Positions 61,301 through 64,000 of a stretch of DNA of 64,000 nt are shown piece after piece. The DNA is from Candidatus Cloacimonadota bacterium (GTDB lineage: Bacteria > Cloacimonadota > Cloacimonadia > G963667145): contig OY781092.1 of NCBI GenBank assembly GCA_963676615.1, forward strand, positions 1,472,001-1,536,000. Direction: 5' to 3'. Within the stretch, counting starts at the first letter, position 1. Every line of letters starts with the position of its first letter. A model generated the notes under the pieces. That model searched no databases. It was not told the origin of the DNA and saw only the letters and a program-made list of their open reading frames with translations. The translations under genes were made by a program, and so were the position numbers.

Positions 61301-64000
61301 GACATATATAGAAAACGAGACAGGCGAAAAAACTGGCTGGTCTAAAGCGGGTGTCTATCGTGGAGCGATCACGGCGACGCAAGGGATTTATCAAGATTCA
61401 ATCGTTGTTGTTTGGGACGACTCCGAAGACAAAGAGTTTGTCGATAGCGTTCAATACGAATGGGTCGAGTATAACAGAGAGACAGGAAAAGCGCAAGACT
61501 CTAGCATAACTGCCGACACAACTGTAACTCGTCGGTCTCAATCTCTTTTGCCAGAAAGCAAAGTCAAGAACGGCTACAAATATCAGTATAAGTTGCGCAA
61601 GAAATTTTACGATGCAGATGATAATCTCTATACGACTTCGGAAATTTCGACAATTAACGCTGTCGGCTGGGCAACGATGGAGAAGCCGACAATCAGGCTG
61701 ACCAAAAATGCAGCGGGCGATCTTGTTGTTGAGCAACAAAAGAACAACAATAAGTTCCAAGTTTACAAGAGCGTAAACGGTGCAGAGAGTGTTTTGGCGG
61801 CAACCATTGAGCAAGGCGGACAATATGTAGATTCTGTCGTTTACGACAAGCACAACATCGGTAAAGCTGTAGAATACAAAATCAAGACGATTAACACTTA
61901 CACTGGCTTGGAGTCGGCGTTCTCAGACGCTGTGGACACATTCTATATGATCTACAGCCCGAAATATGCCGCGGCTAGCCAAGGTGAGTTCACCGACAGA
62001 GTGGAGGTCGAGTGGCAATGGGGTTCTGCTAGACCAGCGCTTGTTGATAGCTTTGTCGTTACACGCTACGATCTGGCTAATGGAGACACGAAGCGGTTCG
62101 CTTTTGCGGGCGTTGATGGTGCTCGCCTAGAATACAGAGGCAGCTTGCCAATGGGCACAGACACTTGTCTTTTTGCCGACAAAGATGTCAAACAAGGCGT
62201 ATCTTACCAGTATAGCATCAAATCTATGCGGGTAAATCCAGGCATTGACACAAGAATTTCCCCAGACAGCGCTACGGCGACAGGCTATGCCAAGTTTGCC
62301 GCTCCGACGAACTTGAGCGCAACAGAAAACCAAAAAGAGGTTTTGATAACTTGGGACTCTATCCGAAATCAAGGGACAGTGGAGAATTTTGTTATTTTCT
62401 ATAATACCACAGAAGAAGGCACCTATTCGCAACTTCAATCTTTGGGAACAAATGTTGCTCCAGAAGACACATTCTTTACAGACACAGAGATTCCACAAGG
62501 AACAGTTCGTTGGTATAAAGTAGCGGCGTTCAACGAGATAAGCCAAGAAGGCGCTTTTGCTGGTCCAGTCAGAGGTTATGCTTTGATGGAGCCAATCTCG
62601 GGTGTTAAATGCTGGAGAGGCGAGAGCACCGACACGATTAAGGTCACTTGGAGTACTTTGCCTGTGTATGAAAGCTATTATGTGGAGTGGAGTTTGAGCA
62701 AAGAGACGAATGCTGATGGACGCTTTACAAACAGATTGGACAAAAGAGGTTCTTTCACAAACAGCAACTACAAGGCAGATTCTGTGATTATCCCGATAGT
62801 GCCAGACTCCCTGCGAGGCAGAAAAATCTATGTCCAACTTTGGGCGCAAAACGAATATGGCGGCTCAGAACCAGTTTTGGATAGCGGCTATGCTAGGCTC
62901 AGACCGCCAGCGAACTTTAGCGTAAGCAAAGGCACAGAGCTAGACTCGATCGAGTTTACTTACGCAAAAAGAATAGGCAGCAATGCAGAAAGCTATAACA
63001 TCTACGCATCGACCAACAAACAAGAGTCGCAACAACCGACAGCAGCGGCGATAAAAATTGAAGGTTATAATGGCATAGACACGACAATAGAAGTTGACCC
63101 GAACACAGAGGGATACTATTATTACGCAAGCGTTCAGGCTGTCAGCGATTTAGAAAATGCGTCTTCCGATTTTGCGGTGGATAGCGGATACAGCCAAATT
63201 CCTGTTGTTAGCGACTTTGGCATAGAGGCGCTATCTTCTGGCGACATTGAGCTTAGCTGGATACCTGTGGATATCGGCGCAGAGACAGATAGCGTTAAAT
63301 ACAATGTTTATCGCTCCAGAAATAATGGAACTTTCTATTTGATAGCCGACAATTATTATAGCGAGCCAGCTCAGGGGAAAATCAGGTTTGTCGATAACAC
63401 TTGCGAGCCAGGAGATTTGTTTGAATATTATGTCGTTAGCGAAGCTAGCCAAAGACCAACAGAGTTTAGGGTAATTTCGGACACTTCTGAGCACAAAAAA
63501 ACTTCGGCACAAATCGGCTTCGTTAGCGGATTTGAGCAAGACACTTCATATTTCTCTAGCGCATTGGTTAACCTGAAATGGAAGCAACGAGGCGACATCG
63601 ATTCGTATTATATCTATCGGAGCTCGTTTGCAGACACAGCAAAAGCAACCGAGATAAAAGTAGAGATAGCCAATGGCAACTTCTACTATTCTGACGCTTC
63701 ATCTGCCGTTAGTGATAGCAGCGGAATGCTGTGGCACTATTGGATCAGGGCGCGCAAAAATGGCAATTTTGGTAACTGGACTCCAGTTGACGATCAGCAA
63801 GGATTGCTCGCCTACACAAGACCTGCAAAAACGAGCATCGTCGAGGCGAGCCAAGGCGTTTCGTCCGACACAATCAGAGTCGTGTGGAACAAAGTCGATT
63901 TTGTGAGCAATTATGTTTTGCAATATCGGGTTGAAAACAGCACCGAGTGGAGCGATATCGAAAGTATAGCCGACACTTTCTACACCTTGATGAGAAACAG
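49389..64000 (+). CDS. Giant fibronectin type III repeat lipoprotein (at least 4,870 aa, 3' end beyond window)
   Basis: RBS AAGGAG, ATG 49389 (or 49416), signal MKKILLALFLFISIFVGC, about 47 repeats of roughly 100 aa (A[ST]xGxyxDxIxvxW...YxvYR...YxYkVxa...DSGW). Frame checked at many points. The track lists no ORF in this frame, as expected if no stop occurs before the window edge. Confidence 0.93.
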   Translation, partial: MGAYSRQRKMKKILLALFLFISIFVGCTMNPEKDISSPNASASRGLYDDKIVVQWEGVSGVSQYEVCRSAVNSNNFYDDYDAIGTVTGTRYEDASPNLIPGKLYYYKVRSISGDTKSLPRRTPAIGQLKVPDLENVEVSKGTFDNQIGVTWTVPRKIIRGASEGLLGYALINYSDNEKNVTTNSVRIPFSELKGSEGQSFEDQIIRGKVYYFKTQIVVIDGEETGSEGTAIDSGWTTVSSPAMVYATKGEFSNKIQITWDEVFGIQGYEILYSDDDGASYEHLVDISTVMAEFDEQEYVWDGPIKGKEYRFRVICVDRNGEATGPNSGEDTKNKEGVYNNLGYTQYAQPIINEVTKDSVDYVRIKVTTEKPEAGERLVVQLYRRALGSEVVEKLQDATAMVTTTAGNGTATLEDNTFTGNIPGRKYYYSVTVYKDDGGKVVGESKRSVDQDGWSAIEPPFNISATRGKDSVVVRWTKVQYAKSYIVLRQDFNTKEWTELPPIETNPNVDEMSLVEDKYDIESGVKYIYKVRSKNDVESADSKFDSGWIKILPPTQFRSVGVYLNYVQLEWELVNHARRYMLYRKVKDDPGAFVAIDTVSGETGSYQDTGLAEATEFLYQIQTESEIPSLLAGQEYEMSDRALIESSAKTLLPAPVLDSASHNLKDEIVLYWRTKPGQLYNVYYEDETGGWVDVATGISDSTVTLQPGIIDLTFGRVYNFVLTTTKGDAWGESDRSNKVESYMRLDSAFNLEAGKDNETKITLTWEVIPNSGAEYYQVYKTTTEDSLNFTPLAAVKKGTQIRYTYNDESKSLNSKYKYLYKIKSFRSDYARVEPEDLRFSNVDTGWVTIQPPYFDRASLAIDNDTIKIYFKENSSGTYRIYYRESRDGEDLFFKQIETEDATNLGNSNYSYTIATYKGASVTGGIDCDSGQVLYFAMSSYGLGRESKKTEFKPGFTIIPTPEFNPGATKGEANKIEVKWNPLKIADNTIRYQVFRINTQNDEELYTVENNNGIFLDQGEDLREGFKYTYRVRAINTTAEIAVQTAYPEESLESTQSNFSDTTTGYSKLMPVLDLRATGPEGTAINEKVDVTWDPKGDRVSYVIARSLQSPIKWDTIFSGSSATGEFEDLTAEGNKIYYYKVAVSTEDYPKIVAVCDSVVGYVRPLPPANVEASKAKYADKIEVTWKKPLLVTAYQICRYNELGDSTIMSRDTAEVITRNDSVFFGDSQVEKGYSYTYKVKAISGDMGETDYSDISDDYKRKKATGYTKMPTVENIVATKGEYEDSIVITWDDIPVANNYLVQRSRVGATSSSDTIQKSTTNNRWVALKGEGLVDGQKYEYRVAAQKGTNLSHNWQADFDEGWLMLAGPTNVKASKGLPDSIIVTWDTLRTVTDVQEYQVWKKAKANAGEQDQELASGLSPQTKSWVFHASEDEKGASIGFYIKAVSAEFGTSANSEVAKGYTELEPVTEFKASPCAPDSVLGNSIILTWSTSKTSDSTIIEKMVGNQWQLLKTFDATVLDYKDLGLTEGREYRYRAQAKKRHEDGNELYSDYVYADATISIPLISFDTITKSKYLSDVELTWKGLQSGKELRFEIFVFQNEADYSTNSNVYDTLKVEENSKSYYRFKHNTVSASPGKFMSGTKYYYKIRTQTTPGGIWSELTQPEDGKPSYGWAKTPAPSMSLVSKDSIAAIYLEWNPNSAAKKFEIERYFKYPDKEAVKTYLVNENSFKDVQNLFTGHEYGYKLRAINENCENDTSAWTVELVGMARLLPPIGVTASDGTLEDTILVTWDTPKNASNPSYGATIYKVYRSQIKDPEKMSLLGDTILTNWDSNSSKTITFVDELTTKELGKMYYYGLKSQVGAEVSEMSIIDSGWAKIPAPIFTKITARDGGFKLEDDSIRVQWQDPSVLSLGSITYEIEYRIGEATAVSMSGIAEGSTEKALYIAPDERFNKIYVRIRSDRETFGKSMWSQWVETYTNMPKPVIRDVIVSLTTVGRSVRVNYICPNDWVDSVYFYREKAGEPDAAYLVKVIPNAGANVPAEFYDEKGLTMYQKYAYRVKFYKGLTGFSEASDTICVTTPVLPPDNLDATEGEYEDMVLLTWDGVSGNTVEKLSYNVYVDSTLTGSFPNWKNNNAKTAKRISLPGSPAQIPEFEVQYGVKYPTNIGVSGGEWFSLERGRNYAFAVSTNPNFNNFDEVNVSDVSEIAIGYARISTPEMISASKGEYSDKIVIKWKASNAYKHNELVDYQIYRTNLTTGVVDSSLVMKASDLNISNDTVTIEQEAQVYDLSPKVKYSYTVKALMGVDGNRTVAHASLMSPVPYSGWLAMPAPEEFRASDGISTDSIYLQWSNDDKFITQLYASYDLATLWSNQISTTQDSHYTVQILKKEDQGRYRHFGAKFYDPAFGSSKPSSTCQDSGFALFDGVQITSVSKGEYLDTIKIVWPETPNAAYYDVQYLEKGTSNWSTEINVPVQEYKIKSFNGTNRGKAFYVRVRATNDIVRFLADEGYGPTDSGFTQLDTVFGFSATKGEIPDTIALAWSEITNATSYKIYRSTAIDGEFIQKNATSDLKYEDHELSLNYGEVYFYKVLAVNELTETLPEAYQNYSRVDSGWIDIPQPQNVTATKGTYKNRIKLTWDVLQRVEGYIVDTAQENDVDEYGVLDTIRPASQGELNAYVDELPGGKFKRGVRYFFKVRAFYENVASSLIYANQDNGYIPLNIPTNVKASKGTSDSTIFVSFLASDGLLGIDNYVIQRRSKLSGDTTEVSLSSNTFGYSTNEDTIKIEDRNSLQPSKGYVYDYRVRSRIGSITSDWSAWSDYGWLNLRPLEIRVANEEDSLMTDSIKVAWDTEASQFKAVNRLDIYYDTVALSADGDWKDKLVVDDMDELDKGYIMITTQNNANFLPATMYCFRAKSCRFEDAIEISSAFSALDSGWYKLRAPKITYASIGESADTITIRWERQADLPHGSAAEMEYVISRGSTKEFKRLVNVDFYNDTLEIEPGVSHIYTVTAVHPRYLSSVASAPKRGYAKLLPPILTEVKADNQASQMKIEWVYPLEDLDEIDSFYLYRKTAYDDPENTPVYSTNAVAGTETYTWVDDDCTLGQEYFYYLRAFKAGMIISDTSNVMSDVLKLIVPSITSASRGEYTNKIDIAWTGTKDAKEYVIYRSQTPSFDVIDTVDTVAALPTSYLDDNNGVGLADGEIYYYKVASKRDKNISEKSGYYGGYTKLITPEITELSQNTEKIKLKWSKEGGNANSSGEVFVGEDLEVLSPEDSTTLQQDSTTDLISAFASGALWFVKGKEYYAKVRASITKTNIVMISGGSQESFEIVSDFSGTKKFFSKLENPVLTVHSGKLDTLLIEWNRMDGDVVSNIDVEWTEKDNPAPDTLRTTFINDGTDSTGRIKVAYTGADKLLPAVVYNFRIKFKRGLVTSDWSETEEGWTKLPAPENLVVSKGDYEDSLRFRWENYRGNTDTLQDSTYKYQIQFYDGSNFVNLEGGAITDKADFYDVTLSMKNILTRGVMTQFRIKGDVDPASSVLAQSNNLSQDSGFTRLMTPISSGTLSKGLEGKIEIEWETNLVDNATIQAYKNLGVEYQIERRKSGDEFMDYILASVDSLTKITYDDKAGLDPRDIYYYRMRFFSQVYYDRYSDVKKATSPWVVIDDSGSVKMNPPKLKVNEEGEFFTDKVELKIERALGSDSAYLYRDLNNDKNFEIIDTIKYGSSVAQGGYLFYKDEKDIESGNCYTYYAVALSGSRKSSDGQKLQTFTRLEAPENVRASEGEFDNKIVVKWDTVSRAEGYKIRFYEVLTDKLVDSAEVNNQDSVKILKAVLLKNIKVGQVYRFSVAAWNNISVYQGKKIYSESNSAEGFLKFTLPEYVTLSQDSVGFIKLQIGYPEPGFDLFIYRSANKATKAGELEKWSDYTKISVNLTYNDAEKEYVCRDILSTTGGVEGVQYAYMVQAYKSGMLNAISDTFKTYIENETGEKTGWSKAGVYRGAITATQGIYQDSIVVVWDDSEDKEFVDSVQYEWVEYNRETGKAQDSSITADTTVTRRSQSLLPESKVKNGYKYQYKLRKKFYDADDNLYTTSEISTINAVGWATMEKPTIRLTKNAAGDLVVEQQKNNNKFQVYKSVNGAESVLAATIEQGGQYVDSVVYDKHNIGKAVEYKIKTINTYTGLESAFSDAVDTFYMIYSPKYAAASQGEFTDRVEVEWQWGSARPALVDSFVVTRYDLANGDTKRFAFAGVDGARLEYRGSLPMGTDTCLFADKDVKQGVSYQYSIKSMRVNPGIDTRISPDSATATGYAKFAAPTNLSATENQKEVLITWDSIRNQGTVENFVIFYNTTEEGTYSQLQSLGTNVAPEDTFFTDTEIPQGTVRWYKVAAFNEISQEGAFAGPVRGYALMEPISGVKCWRGESTDTIKVTWSTLPVYESYYVEWSLSKETNADGRFTNRLDKRGSFTNSNYKADSVIIPIVPDSLRGRKIYVQLWAQNEYGGSEPVLDSGYARLRPPANFSVSKGTELDSIEFTYAKRIGSNAESYNIYASTNKQESQQPTAAAIKIEGYNGIDTTIEVDPNTEGYYYYASVQAVSDLENASSDFAVDSGYSQIPVVSDFGIEALSSGDIELSWIPVDIGAETDSVKYNVYRSRNNGTFYLIADNYYSEPAQGKIRFVDNTCEPGDLFEYYVVSEASQRPTEFRVISDTSEHKKTSAQIGFVSGFEQDTSYFSSALVNLKWKQRGDIDSYYIYRSSFADTAKATEIKVEIANGNFYYSDASSAVSDSSGMLWHYWIRARKNGNFGNWTPVDDQQGLLAYTRPAKTSIVEASQGVSSDTIRVVWNKVDFVSNYVLQYRVENSTEWSDIESIADTFYTLMRN

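Noticed and set aside
49358..63923. About 30 short ORFs listed on both strands in the last 14.6 kb
   Set aside because: All overlap the single giant frame, lack recognisable motifs, and are shadow ORFs.

Overview
Origin-proximal chromosomal window of a diderm, LPS-making bacterium (kdsC, lptC/A/B, lgt). An FCB-group lineage such as Cloacimonadota is my low-confidence guess. It opens with the 3' part of dnaA and a probable oriC that is not followed by dnaN. A long run of housekeeping genes follows: yajC, def, lpt genes, a two-domain thyX, proA, deoC, guaD, a +1-frameshifted prfB with an unusual GTT-TGA-C site, rpsO-pnp, clpB with a CIRCE element, transporters, and an FMN-riboswitch rib operon. 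Two AT-rich defence inserts sit between core genes: DarTG, and a two-methyltransferase restriction-modification operon with a GmrSD-like DUF262-DUF1524 gene nested inside it. A 2.8-kb repeat-rich interval holds a complete IS256 inserted into a structured non-coding element, plus REP-like palindromes. The last 14.6 kb, for which the ORF track gives no long ORF, is one open frame running off the window. It encodes a lipoprotein of at least 4,870 aa made of about 47 fibronectin type III-like repeats and dense in D-(S/T)-hydrophobic O-glycosylation-type sequons. All family calls come from motif recognition by eye, not database searches.
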